A stretch of 64,000 nucleotides of DNA from Fimbriimonadaceae bacterium (GTDB lineage Bacteria > Armatimonadota > Fimbriimonadia > Fimbriimonadales > Fimbriimonadaceae): positions 36,014-100,013 of the forward strand of contig JBJXDW010000010.1 in assembly GCA_046154445.1 (NCBI GenBank), given 5' to 3'. This document shows positions 17,298 through 26,994 of this stretch, piece after piece; position 1 is the stretch's first letter, and each line of letters starts with the position of its first letter. The notes below the pieces were generated by a model. It was given only the letters and a program-made list of their open reading frames with translations, was not told the DNA's origin and ran no database searches. The position numbers and the translations under genes were made by a program.

Positions 17298-18035
17298 TTA
17301 CCCCCACTTTTTTACATATGCAGACAACCGATCATGCATTGACTTCTGTTTATCTTTATCATTAATATGAGTGATATACTCTTGCATGTATTTCTTAGCT
17401 TCTTTATAGTCAGTATCGCTTCTAGTGCGGGCAAAGATGCCCAATGTAAGCCAACACTCCAATTCAACTCCCCTGGCCTGATTCAATATTGGCTTTAAAG
17501 CCGATCGGAATCTACTTAAAGCAAACCTAAGTTGTTCAATCTCCTTGTTCCCTGTCACTGAGTCCCAAACGTACGCTTCCAGTAGCAGCATGTCCTGTGG
17601 GTAAGACTTGACAACTTTACTCCCAAGATTTTTCCACCCAGGGTAACCGCCGTCATTTAGGCATAGCGCAGTATAAGCCGTCCTCCAGAATTCAGGATCG
17701 GTACTTCCAGCCGAGTCGCTAATAGCACTAAGTGATTTACCCATAAATGACTTTCCACGAAGTTCATTTCTGAAGGCAATCAAGTAATGTGCCAGCTGGT
17801 AAACATCTTCTGCCGACTTACTCCTTAATGTTTCATTTGTTAGTTTCTCAATTTTGCTTAGTCTTTGATTCGCGGAGTCTATTTCTAGAAACATTACTTT
17901 GTCGAGTGACTCGGTTCTGCGTTTTATCCATATGAAAGAAGCCGACGTGCTCATTGATGAACTATGCCAAGACGATTGCGACCCCTGAATGCTAATTTGC
18001 GATACTAGTAAGAAAGTGATGCTGCTTAAGATCAT
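17298..18035 (-). CDS. Secreted helical hypothetical protein
   Basis: ATGA overlap with the upstream stop and GGAGG SD before ATG 18035; signal-like N-terminus; AT-rich. Confidence 0.7.
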   Translation of the reverse strand: MILSSITFLLVSQISIQGSQSSWHSSSMSTSASFIWIKRRTESLDKVMFLEIDSANQRLSKIEKLTNETLRSKSAEDVYQLAHYLIAFRNELRGKSFMGKSLSAISDSAGSTDPEFWRTAYTALCLNDGGYPGWKNLGSKVVKSYPQDMLLLEAYVWDSVTGNKEIEQLRFALSRFRSALKPILNQARGVELECWLTLGIFARTRSDTDYKEAKKYMQEYITHINDKDKQKSMHDRLSAYVKKWG

Positions 18036-19862
18036 ATTGCCTCCACCCATAGTGTATGGTAACCATTTCGGGCGCTGATTAACTCATCATTAGTATGTAT
18101 TTGAGTACCAATGAACCCATTTTCATCGTAGTCCATTGTCGTGTTAAACTGCACAAGGAAACCTTGGCGAACAGTAACTCTCCATTTTAAGTTACTTCGA
18201 TACTCGGCATCCCAGTCTGCTTGTACAATGGGATTAATATTACGAATAGGAAATGCACCATCTCGGTACAATGGGAATGGTGTCGGAATGTCAATAATGT
18301 TACCAAATACTACATTTAACCCTGCACGTGCCACTGGTGCAGCCAATTTTGCTGCAAAGCCCGCATTTTTGAGCACTTCAATTCCAAGGTCAACACCTAA
18401 ATTGATTGCAGCCTGCTGCGGTGTTCCGGATGAATACTGTTCAAAATGCAATTGATCAAAAAAATCATGTGAACTAGCCAGAACCCACAAGCCATTAGTA
18501 TTCCCATCAGGAAGTGGAATCAAGTTCCTGTCCATGAAATAGGAAAGCGGGTATTCGGGGGGTGAAATCTTGAATATTGGAGAACTATGGGTTTCATTAG
18601 AGGCCTCCTTCCACTCAATTTCATACTTCACCTCTCCCTTAATTCCATCAACCCAATCGACGGAAAATGAAACTTCATGCGTTTGGCCTACATCGTTATC
18701 CTGTTCGCCAACAACTAAGTCAATTTGCCAAGGTGCGGGAAAGTGCTGAACAAGGACGTTAGGACGTCTTGCTATGCCAGAATGTTCTTTCATAATGGAT
18801 ACAACCCACGGAAACGTGCCGCTCAGAGGATAGTTGGCAGTGCTATAAGCTGGATTTGGCTTCGTTAATGTCCAAGTATAGTTGCCATGCCCCGATTGCT
18901 CTGCGTTTGGAAAATCACTAAATGCTGAAAAGCCTAGTACTTTGTCAGAGTAGAAATTATTATTGATATTACGCGACTCACGTAACAGACCTATTTCCAA
19001 TTTTGCAAATTTTGTGTAGAGTCCTGTTGACTTCGGACTTATTGCAACTCGATCGTATTTTGGAGACCAGTAATTGAAATCATATGTATGGAGATCATGC
19101 TGGTATAAAAGATTATAAATTTGACCATTAGTCGGACTAGATGTATAGTATTGCCCGCCTGATACGTAGAGTGATAAATTTCTCGGATCTTTGACTGCCC
19201 CTGCGGCTTGTGCTGAAGCCCAGACTTGAGCACCGTTTCCAGAGCTGCTAGCAGTAGCAGAGGAAGAAAATTCAAGTTCTCCATATCCAGCTGAATTGAG
19301 TTTAACAACACGAAGATGTTTGCCAGTTGAGTAATCACCAGGGAGGCCGACGAGACTGTAATCAGAGCCAGGAGCCGCGTATGTGGATTCGTCGCCCAAA
19401 CCATTATCAGCAGAAGCGTTGCCGTTATTATTGAAGTGTGCAGTAGCGGTTGAATCCAAAATGACGCCAACTTCCGTAATATTGGTAGGCAATTGACCCG
19501 TGAATTGGACAACGACTTTTTGAGTGCCGTGGCTGTTCATTTCTATTGGTGCGGCAGTCGATATTCCTTGGCCAACTGGGATGCTAGGCGACATCATTGT
19601 TGAAATTCCGTTGATTTTCCAAGTACCTGTGACCCAATCCCGTGACCAGAGTTCTGTGTGAGTGCCTCCCGGGTTTGGCCCGGGCATGATTCGAGTGAAT
19701 TCGTCAGTTCCTTCGACGGGTACAACGCTGATTGTGAATTGAGATCCTCCGCTGGGGTTTCCACCACCGCCAGGCTCACCTTGAGCGAGAGATAACAAAG
19801 TTGAGGCATTGAGGGCAAAGAAGAGGGCTATGAGCCGGAATTTGGGGGGGGGGGGTGATCAT
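18032..19862 (-). CDS. Large secreted hypothetical protein, frameshifted at a C12 tract (phase-variable OFF or sequence error)
   Basis: 588-codon open frame; its signal peptide (KFRLIALFFALNASTLLSLAQ) is in frame, but ATG 19862 is 1 nt out of frame because of 12 C (G12 at 19844-19855). Confidence 0.75.
19844..19855 (-). repeat. Poly-C12 simple sequence repeat in codons 3-7
   Basis: G12 on the + strand; the longest homopolymer I saw in the window. Confidence 0.9.
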
Positions 19863-20068
19863 TAGCAGGTTTTCCTATGGCGAAGAATATGCACGCCTTT
19901 CAATACTATACAAAAGAATGAACCGATTTGCAAAGGATTTCATTTCATATTTTTTTCATAGTTATTCGTTGGGGAGGGAGTTTTGAAGTGGGATGCAAGT
20001 CGAAATATGTGTGATTTTGAGACGGGCCGAAGTTGGATGCAGGTGAAAGTACGGAATAATCTAGTGTG

Positions 20069-21166
20069 GTGAATGAGCGGCAGGTAGCGGTCTTGGCGGA
20101 AGCTCAGCATTTGGCGGCGACGGCGAAGAATATTGGGAAGTTGGGGGATAAGTATTCGCCGGAATATTCGCGGTGGGCTTTTGGGCAATGGGAGATGCGT
20201 AAGCGGGGGCGGGAGAAGTTTACGCGGGCGGCTATGATGCAGTTCACAAGGCAGGGGTTAGAGATGGCGACGCATGAGCGGATTGCGGCTTATCATGCTT
20301 CACTTTTTCCGACGGGGGTCGAAGTTTTAGATGCGGGTTGTGGGATTGGAGCGGATTTGATGGCTTTGGGAGCGCGGGGTCCGGTTGTTGGGGTGGACAA
20401 TAATCGCGAGCACGTGAACTGTGCGCGGCATAATTTGTCGGTTTATGGGTTTAAGGGGAAGGTTGGTCGGGGGGATGCGCTTGATGTTTTGGCGAAGGGT
20501 TGGGATTTTGTTTTTTGCGATCCGGGCCGTCGGGATGATGGGCAGCGGTTGATCAGTCCGGATGATTATCAGCCAAATGTAGAGGCATTGCGGCAGTATT
20601 TGAAGCGAGCGAAACGAGGAGTGATCAAGCTTTCGCCGATGCTGCGAGATGAGTATTTGTTGGGGCTGGGGGGTGATGTTCGGTTTTTGAGTTATGGGCG
20701 GGAGTGCCGGGAAGCATTGGTGGTTTTTCCGGGAAAAAAGCGGGTTTCGGCGGTGCATATTGAGAGCGGTGAGGAAGTGTTTGCTACGCCCTTGGAGGGT
20801 ACGGTCACTGAGCCGGTGGGCTATCTTTATGAAGCTGATCCGGCATTGATTCGGGCGCATGGTTTGGGGCACTTTGAAATGGATGGGGTTGGGGATTCTA
20901 ACGGTTATTTGACTTCAAAATCGCTCGTTGAGTCGCCTTGGTTGCGCCGTTATGAGGTGCTTTGGTCGGGACCGTGGCGGATTCGGATGGTGAAAGATGC
21001 GCTTCGGGAGGGGGGATGGCAGGTGGATGCGGTGAAGAAACGGGGGATTAAGGTGGAGCCGGCTTCGGTTTTGCGTCAGGTCGAGGTGGACAGGGGCGAT
21101 CCGGTTCAGCTCGTGATGTATGCAATTGGGGCAAAGGTTGCGGTTGCATTGGTTCGGGTTCTTTAG
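20069..21166 (+). CDS. Class I SAM-dependent methyltransferase with C-terminal THUMP-like domain
   Basis: VLDAGCGIGAD motif I, DPGRR, IKLSP, and YEADPALIRA / VKKRG. GTG 20069 lies 6 nt after TAATCT (GTG 20066 is an alternative start). Confidence 0.85.
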   Translation: MNERQVAVLAEAQHLAATAKNIGKLGDKYSPEYSRWAFGQWEMRKRGREKFTRAAMMQFTRQGLEMATHERIAAYHASLFPTGVEVLDAGCGIGADLMALGARGPVVGVDNNREHVNCARHNLSVYGFKGKVGRGDALDVLAKGWDFVFCDPGRRDDGQRLISPDDYQPNVEALRQYLKRAKRGVIKLSPMLRDEYLLGLGGDVRFLSYGRECREALVVFPGKKRVSAVHIESGEEVFATPLEGTVTEPVGYLYEADPALIRAHGLGHFEMDGVGDSNGYLTSKSLVESPWLRRYEVLWSGPWRIRMVKDALREGGWQVDAVKKRGIKVEPASVLRQVEVDRGDPVQLVMYAIGAKVAVALVRVL

Positions 21167-21175
21167 ACTAGGTCC

Positions 21176-21218
21176 TTGACATTGTATGTAACTATATGGT
21201 TACATAACCACATGGTTG
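21176..21218 (+). promoter_or_regulatory. ArsR operon promoter with tandem TAACC-N4-GGTTA-like operators
   Basis: TTGACA at 21176; TAACTATATGGTTA (21189-21202) and TAACCACATGGTTG (21205-21218). Confidence 0.6.
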
Positions 21219-21562
21219 CAGACGCATTGATAATATCGCCGTTGGACGCAGTCTTTTCGGCATTGGCGCATCCGGCACGTCGAGAGATGATTCGATTACT
21301 GAGAGATAAGGCGGCTTCGGTGAGTGATTTTTTGCAGGTCTTTGACTTGAGTGGCCCGGCGATTTCGAAGCATTTAAAGGTTTTGGAAGATGCAGGTTTG
21401 GTGCGTGTTGTGCCTGAAAAGCAGACTCGATTACGCGTGTTGAACGCGAAAGCGTTGGAACAAGCGACGGATTGGCTTGAGGAGTACCGTATTTTCTGGG
21501 AAGGGAGTTTTGACCGATTGGAATCGGTTGCGCGGGAATTGGAATCGGAGAAAAAGTTATGA
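21212..21562 (+). CDS. ArsR/SmtB family transcriptional regulator
   Basis: LDAVFSALAHPARR...SGPAISKHLKVLEDAGLV...DWLEEYRIFWEGSFDRL. Confidence 0.92.
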   Translation: MVADALIISPLDAVFSALAHPARREMIRLLRDKAASVSDFLQVFDLSGPAISKHLKVLEDAGLVRVVPEKQTRLRVLNAKALEQATDWLEEYRIFWEGSFDRLESVARELESEKKL

Positions 21563-22491
21563 AACAGGTTGCTGACAATGAATTGCTGATGGAGCGGCTT
21601 GTGCCGTGTGGGATAGAATTGATGCCCCGGTTATGGTCAGATCCTGCGTTGCTTACCAGGTGGTGGGGACCGGAGGGTTTTAGTACAACAACTCATGCCA
21701 TGGATTTTCGAGTTGGGGGCGAGTGGGATTACACGATGCACGGCCCAGATGGTCACGACTATGGAAATTTGATTCGTTACACGAGAATTGGCGAAGAAGG
21801 AATTGACTATCTCCATTTTGGCAAGGGTGATGATGCCCATGCGAGCTTTAAAGCTGTGATCACTTTTGAACCTGTGACGGGGTCTATGACTCGGATGGGT
21901 TTCAAGATGGTGTTTGGGTCGGCGGAAGAAATGAAGCAGATTTGTGACGAGTATGGGGCGGCAGAGGGCCTTTATCAGACGACAGATCGATTGGCGAAGG
22001 AAGCGGAGTTGGTTGTAATGGTCGAAGCTGAATGTGCGAAATTGGAACAAGCGGTTGGGCGGATGCGCACTGGGCTAGCGCGGATTCCGATTGAGAAACA
22101 AAGTTGGTCGTATTCTGATTCGTCGAGAAGCGCGGTTCATATGGTGGCGCATTCGGGTTGGTCACTGGGATGGATTCGGTCGATGCTCGCGGGAACGCCT
22201 TATCCGGCTACGACGACGGCAATTGGTGATCAGGAGATGAGAGAGTTTGAGCTCGGGTTTACCGATGCGGAATCAGCGTTGGCACTTTTGGATGAAAAGT
22301 CTTCAGCGTGGATGGCTTATGCGCGGTCGCTGACGATGGATGATTTGGATCGGTTGGTGCAGTTGCCATTTGGGTTTGGGGAGATGCGAATGCGGGATGC
22401 TTTGGGGGCAGCGGCATGGCATACGAATGAGCATTGTGCGCAGATTGAGTTTATTCAGACGATGTTAGGAGATCGAGATTGGGGGTTTTAA
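21559..22491 (+). CDS. SRPBCC (AHSA1) domain fused to DinB-like domain
   Basis: WWGPEGF..DFRVGGEW..MHGPDG (AHSA1) followed by HSGWS...HTNEHCAQIEFIQTMLGD (DinB). Confidence 0.85.
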   Translation: MKQVADNELLMERLVPCGIELMPRLWSDPALLTRWWGPEGFSTTTHAMDFRVGGEWDYTMHGPDGHDYGNLIRYTRIGEEGIDYLHFGKGDDAHASFKAVITFEPVTGSMTRMGFKMVFGSAEEMKQICDEYGAAEGLYQTTDRLAKEAELVVMVEAECAKLEQAVGRMRTGLARIPIEKQSWSYSDSSRSAVHMVAHSGWSLGWIRSMLAGTPYPATTTAIGDQEMREFELGFTDAESALALLDEKSSAWMAYARSLTMDDLDRLVQLPFGFGEMRMRDALGAAAWHTNEHCAQIEFIQTMLGDRDWGF

Positions 22492-23084
22492 CTTCCAAAG
22501 TAATCCTGAATTGACAGGACATCCTGTTGGATAAGATTGTGGCCTGTGGGGAACAGGTTGAGGGTTGTTTCTGCACCGGCATTTGTGAAAGTTTCGGCCA
22601 GCTGCATGGATTGATCGGCGGGGCAGATCTGGTCGTGTTCGCCTGCGTTGATAGTGATTTTTGCGTTTGTTAGATTGAGGTTTTCGATAGCAGTCGGGAG
22701 GAACATGGGTCTCAGGAGGATGGCGCCTTGCAAGGGGAATGCATTGGTGAGCAAGAGATTTGCGGCCATGTTGGCGCCGTTGCTGTATCCGATTGCCATG
22801 ACTTGCTTGTTTTGGAGTTGGTCTTGGTTTTTTAAAAATTCGGCGAGTTCTTGGGTGCGGAATGCGAGATCTTCGTAGTCCAGTTTGCCTTCGGCGAATC
22901 GGGCAAAGTATCGGTTTGCTCCGTGTTCGGAGACTTTTCCTCTCACGCCGAATATGTTGTGGTTTGGGAGAATTTCATGGAGGAAACTGGTGATTTCGTG
23001 TTCGTCTCCGCCGGTTCCGTGGAGGGCTAGGATGGTGGGCTTTGATGGGTCACCTTGGCTAAACGATGTGTGGAATGTGTTCAT
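22488..23084 (-). CDS. Carboxylesterase / alpha-beta hydrolase (MhqD-like)
   Basis: LHGTGGDE, RYFAR, GYSNGAN nucleophile, GEHD and GH motifs. Confidence 0.9.
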   Translation of the reverse strand: MNTFHTSFSQGDPSKPTILALHGTGGDEHEITSFLHEILPNHNIFGVRGKVSEHGANRYFARFAEGKLDYEDLAFRTQELAEFLKNQDQLQNKQVMAIGYSNGANMAANLLLTNAFPLQGAILLRPMFLPTAIENLNLTNAKITINAGEHDQICPADQSMQLAETFTNAGAETTLNLFPTGHNLIQQDVLSIQDYFGS

Positions 23085-23085
23085 T

Positions 23086-24036
23086 TTAGTTCGGGAATTT
23101 TGCTCCAGTCAGGCTGGTGAATTCTGGCAGATTGGAGGCGACTTCGGCGCGGTGGGGTTCGAGCCAAGGGGGGAGGACGAGGGTTGTGCCGAGGGATTCG
23201 ATCGGTTCGTTGTAGGTCATTCCGGGGGGATCGGTGGCGATTTCGTACAGGATGCCGCCGGGTTCGCGGAAGTAGATGCTGTGGAAGTAGTTTCGGTCGA
23301 TGAATTCGGTTGGACGCATTCCGGCGTTGATGAATTTTTCGCGCCACTGGGCGTGGTCTTCGTCATCTTCGGCGCGGAAGGCGACGTGGTGGACGATACC
23401 GGAGCCCATGCGGCCGGTGGGGGTTGAGTTGAGGCTTAGCTCTACGGTGTTACCGATTTCGGCGGGACTGGTGTAGAGTTCGATGTTGTTTTCTTCAGCC
23501 GTGAGCACGTAGCCCATTGTTTCGGTGAGCAGTTTTTGAGTGTTCTGAGGGCGAAGAGAGGCGATTTGCACGCCGTGGAATCCGTGGATAGCGACTCCGG
23601 CGGGGGTGCTATCCCAGGCGACTTCGGGCTTCGGGGTTTGGATACTCGCGACGAGTTCGAGTTGGAAGCCGTCGTGGTCTAGGAATTGGAGGGTTGGGTT
23701 GCCGAATTTTTCAACTTGGTTGAAGGGGATATTGTTGTTGGATAGGCGGTCTGTCCAGGATGGGATTGCGTTTTTGGGGATGGCGAAAGACATGGTGGTG
23801 GCTTGTCCGGCGCCGATTGTTCCTAGGGGACTTTGGGGCCAGGGGAAGAAGGTGAGGAGGGTTCCGGGGGAGCCTTGGGGGTCGCCGTAATAGAGGTGGT
23901 AAGTGCTGGGGTCGTCGTAGTTGATTGTGACTTTGACGAGGCGGAGGCCGAGGACTCCGGAGTAGAAATTCACGTTGCTCTGGGCGTCGGAGCACATCGC
24001 GGTGACGTGGTGGATTCCTTGGATGCGGTCGGTCAT
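23086..24036 (-). CDS. Ring-cleaving dioxygenase (MhqO/MhqA-like, VOC family)
   Basis: GIHHVTA, VKVTINYDDP.TYHLYYGD, VHHVAFR, DRNYFHSIYFREPGGILYEIATD. Confidence 0.93.
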   Translation of the reverse strand: MTDRIQGIHHVTAMCSDAQSNVNFYSGVLGLRLVKVTINYDDPSTYHLYYGDPQGSPGTLLTFFPWPQSPLGTIGAGQATTMSFAIPKNAIPSWTDRLSNNNIPFNQVEKFGNPTLQFLDHDGFQLELVASIQTPKPEVAWDSTPAGVAIHGFHGVQIASLRPQNTQKLLTETMGYVLTAEENNIELYTSPAEIGNTVELSLNSTPTGRMGSGIVHHVAFRAEDDEDHAQWREKFINAGMRPTEFIDRNYFHSIYFREPGGILYEIATDPPGMTYNEPIESLGTTLVLPPWLEPHRAEVASNLPEFTSLTGAKFPN

Positions 24037-24081
24037 GGTGTTAATAACGAAACGATGTGTTTAGTAATTCCTGAGATGGGT

Positions 24082-24462
24082 CTATTGATCCAGTCTTGTA
24101 CTCAGTGGTAGATGGTGGATTGCCGTTCTTGACCTAGAAACAGAAATGGCGGCGCCGTTTGAAATTGCCTCTTGATGAATCTCAGTAATGTTCCGAATGA
24201 GTTTTGACATTTCTTCGGCTTTGAGTGCATCAATCCTTATCCTAATTACTGATGGCTTGTCCGCGCGGGTATGTGCAAGGATTGCATGAAAATCAGCATC
24301 GAGGGTGATTATTATTCTGTCCTTTGATAATGCGTGCAAAAGTATCTCGGAATCTGATTTTGTGGAGTACCCAATTTCTGAAGTATGGACTGCATCAACT
24401 CCTGTGCTTTGAAGGAGTTGGCTCGTTGATCGAGGTATTCCTTGGTCAAGCAAAAGTTTCAC
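24082..24462 (-). CDS. DUF5615 family PIN-like protein (putative toxin)
   Basis: MKLLLDQGI...DSEIL..A....RIIITLDADF. Confidence 0.88.
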   Translation of the reverse strand: MKLLLDQGIPRSTSQLLQSTGVDAVHTSEIGYSTKSDSEILLHALSKDRIIITLDADFHAILAHTRADKPSVIRIRIDALKAEEMSKLIRNITEIHQEAISNGAAISVSRSRTAIHHLPLSTRLDQ

Positions 24463-24689
24463 GAAGCGAACTGGGTTTCGACTGTTTCGTCTGGCAAATA
24501 AGATGCAGCGTAAGCAAGGGCTTGCTGGATGTCTTGATCAGTCAGGTCGGGATATTCGGAGAAAAGTTCTCCCCGATCTTCATAGAGTGCGATAATTTTG
24601 AGGACTCGCCGAACTGTGAGTCGGGTGCCTTTTATGCATGGTTGCCCGTTCATTATCTCGGGATTCATCGAAATTCGATCAAGTTCCAT
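24459..24689 (-). CDS. DUF433 domain protein (putative antitoxin)
   Basis: RISMNPEIMNGQPCIKGTRLTV...EYPDLT.QDIQQALAYAA. Confidence 0.92.
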   Translation of the reverse strand: MELDRISMNPEIMNGQPCIKGTRLTVRRVLKIIALYEDRGELFSEYPDLTDQDIQQALAYAASYLPDETVETQFAS

Positions 24690-24776
24690 GGTTCGATAAT
24701 TATACGCTAAGTCTGATGAGTTTGAGATTTAGGTGAACCTACTTGAGCTATTGGCGGTTAGAATTGAGATTGATTT

Positions 24777-25232
24777 ATGCGCCAGAAGGCATTGCTCGTT
24801 TTGAAATATGGAGTTTTAGACAATTTGGAAGTCCACCTTGTTGTTGAACGAGGGGAGGATGAGGGACCTCTACTTGTCATTATTGGCTCTTATGCGGTCG
24901 CAAGCCAGAAACGGGATGATACTGATGCCTTGGATTGGGGTCGCACTTTGACGCGGCTTGCAGAGTCAATGCGCCAGATTGCAGGAAAAAGTCAGAATCA
25001 TCCGCATTCTGATCCACTTTGGGGATTGAAGGCGGGGAATTCAAATTTCGAAGTTTTCATGACTCCAAGTTTCAAAGGTAATCATCTCGTTGAACTATGG
25101 GTGCTCGATGAATATTCGGCCATTCATGTGCCATTTACGGGGAGAGTTGATTCAAATGGTTTGTGTGCGTTTGCGAACGATCTTCAATGTTTGTTGGGAA
25201 ATGATTGGCATGTGGAGAGAGAGTTTGAATAA
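24777..25232 (+). CDS. Hypothetical protein
   Basis: 151-aa ORF in an AT-richer islet, followed by a hairpin. Confidence 0.55.
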   Translation: MRQKALLVLKYGVLDNLEVHLVVERGEDEGPLLVIIGSYAVASQKRDDTDALDWGRTLTRLAESMRQIAGKSQNHPHSDPLWGLKAGNSNFEVFMTPSFKGNHLVELWVLDEYSAIHVPFTGRVDSNGLCAFANDLQCLLGNDWHVEREFE

Positions 25233-25241
25233 ACCACAGAA

Positions 25242-25272
25242 CCCTGCCTAACCAATGGTGAGGCAGGGGCAC
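25242..25272 (-). repeat. REP-like hairpin, same arms as 9498-9530
   Basis: CCCTGCCT-N11-AGGCAGGG-GCAC. Confidence 0.65.
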
Positions 25273-25412
25273 TCGATCGCGTTTTGTAATATTAAAATTT
25301 TGGACTGTCTCACTTAGGGTTCATGCCTCGTTATTCAACAATGACCCAAGCATCCATATAGAGTTAACTGTCTGGGCCCCCGACTCCTCGAGGGCGACGA
25401 ACGCAACCCTTT

Positions 25413-26915
25413 TTAAACGTCGAAGGTGATGCCTTGGGCGAGGGCGGGGCGGTCTTGTCCGAAATAGGTGGTGCTGGTTTGGCGGCGCATATAGGCTTTC
25501 CAGGAATCGGAGCCGGATTCGCGGCCGCCGCCAGTTTCTTTTTCGCCACCGAAGGCACCGCCGATTTCGGCGCCGGAGGTGCCGATGTTGACGTTGGCGA
25601 TGCCGCAGTCAGAGTGTCGTTTGAAGAATTCGGCTTCGCGGACGTCGGTGGTCATGATGGCACTGCTGAGACCTTGGGGCACGGAATTGTGCATGATCAT
25701 GGCTTCAGATAGGTCATTGTAAGGGATGAGATAGGTGAGGGGGGCGAAGGTTTCGGTGTGGATGACTTCGGGGTGGTCGCTGAGGCGGACGAGACAGGGG
25801 TGGGCGTAATAGCCGCCGGTTTCGGCGAGGACGCGATCGCCGCCAACGATTTCCTTGGCATGGGGTTTGATGCGCTCGATTGCGGCTTGCATGGTTTCGA
25901 ATGAATCTTTATCGATGACAGGGCCGACGAGGGTTGATGCTTCGAGCGGGTTGCCGACTTTGGTGGAGCCAATTTGGAGGTAGGCAGATTTGAGGGTTTC
26001 GAAGACTTTATCGATGATGCTGGTGTGGACGAAGACTCGGCGGGTGGTTGTGCAGCGCTGGCCGGCGGTTCCGACGCTTCCGAAGAGGATGCTCGGGATG
26101 GCGATGGCGAGATCGGCGGATGGGGTGACGATGATGGCGTTGTTGCCACCGAGTTCGAGGAGTGATCGACCAAATCTTGCGGCGACTTTGGGGCCGATTG
26201 CTTGGCCCATTCGGGTTGATCCGGTGGCGGAGATGAGGGGGAGTCGGTGGTCTTCGACCATTTGCGCGCCACCTTTGGCGTCACCGATGAAGATTTGGGA
26301 GAGTCCCTCGGGGGCTTCGGGGAAATCTTTGAGGACTTCGTTGAGGAGGTTTTGGACAGCGATGGCGGTGAGCGGGGTTTTCTCGCTGGGTTTCCAGATG
26401 GTGCTGTCGCCACAGACGAATGCCAGGGCGGCATTCCATGACCAGACGGCGACGGGGAAATTGAATGCGCTGATGATGCCGACGGGTCCGAGGGGGAGCC
26501 AGTTTTCTTGCATTAGGTGGTTTGGTCTTTCGGATTGGATGGTGAGTCCGTAGAGCTGGCGGGAGAGACCGACGGCGAAATCGCAGATGTCGATCATTTC
26601 TTGGACTTCGCCCCTGCCTTCTTCGATGATCTTGCCGCATTCGAGGGTGACGAGTTGGCTGAGATCTTCTTTGTGTTCGCGGAGTTTGTTGCCGAGGAGT
26701 CTGACGAGTTCGCCTCGCCTTGGGGCGGGGACTTCGCGCCATTTTTCGAATGCCTCGGTGGATTTGGCGATGATGGCGTCGATTTCTTCGGCGGTGTGGA
26801 ATCGGAGGGTGGCGAGGGTTGAGCCGTCGATGGGGGTGGTGACTGTGAGGTCGTTGCCTTGGTAATCGGCGAGGTTTGGGATTAGTTTGGTGACGACGCT
26901 GTCGAATTGGCTCAT
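25413..26915 (-). CDS. amaB: Aldehyde dehydrogenase family 7 (piperideine-6-carboxylate / alpha-aminoadipate semialdehyde dehydrogenase-like)
   Basis: ISAFNFPVAVWSWN, ATGST, LELGGNN, TAGQRCT and FGGEKETGGGRESGSD. Confidence 0.9.
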   Translation of the reverse strand: MSQFDSVVTKLIPNLADYQGNDLTVTTPIDGSTLATLRFHTAEEIDAIIAKSTEAFEKWREVPAPRRGELVRLLGNKLREHKEDLSQLVTLECGKIIEEGRGEVQEMIDICDFAVGLSRQLYGLTIQSERPNHLMQENWLPLGPVGIISAFNFPVAVWSWNAALAFVCGDSTIWKPSEKTPLTAIAVQNLLNEVLKDFPEAPEGLSQIFIGDAKGGAQMVEDHRLPLISATGSTRMGQAIGPKVAARFGRSLLELGGNNAIIVTPSADLAIAIPSILFGSVGTAGQRCTTTRRVFVHTSIIDKVFETLKSAYLQIGSTKVGNPLEASTLVGPVIDKDSFETMQAAIERIKPHAKEIVGGDRVLAETGGYYAHPCLVRLSDHPEVIHTETFAPLTYLIPYNDLSEAMIMHNSVPQGLSSAIMTTDVREAEFFKRHSDCGIANVNIGTSGAEIGGAFGGEKETGGGRESGSDSWKAYMRRQTSTTYFGQDRPALAQGITFDV

Positions 26916-26943
26916 GTGAGCTAGTTTACGGGTTTAACATGAA

Positions 26944-26971
26944 GACGCCCAGGCTTTGCGGCCTGGGCGTC
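26944..26971. terminator. Intrinsic terminator hairpin after the PEP-CTERM gene
   Basis: GACGCCCAGGC-TTTGCG-GCCTGGGCGTC. Confidence 0.75.
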
Positions 26972-26994
26972 CTAGTTTTTTTGATTTTATGTGC

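Noticed and set aside
16283-17342. Long + strand ORFs (299 and 315 aa) opposite pdxS, and similar shadows (e.g. 40823-41470, 45718-46950, 51019-51777, 58179-59096)
   Set aside because: They are antisense to clearly identified genes, have biased low-complexity composition and carry no family motifs; strand codon bias explains them.
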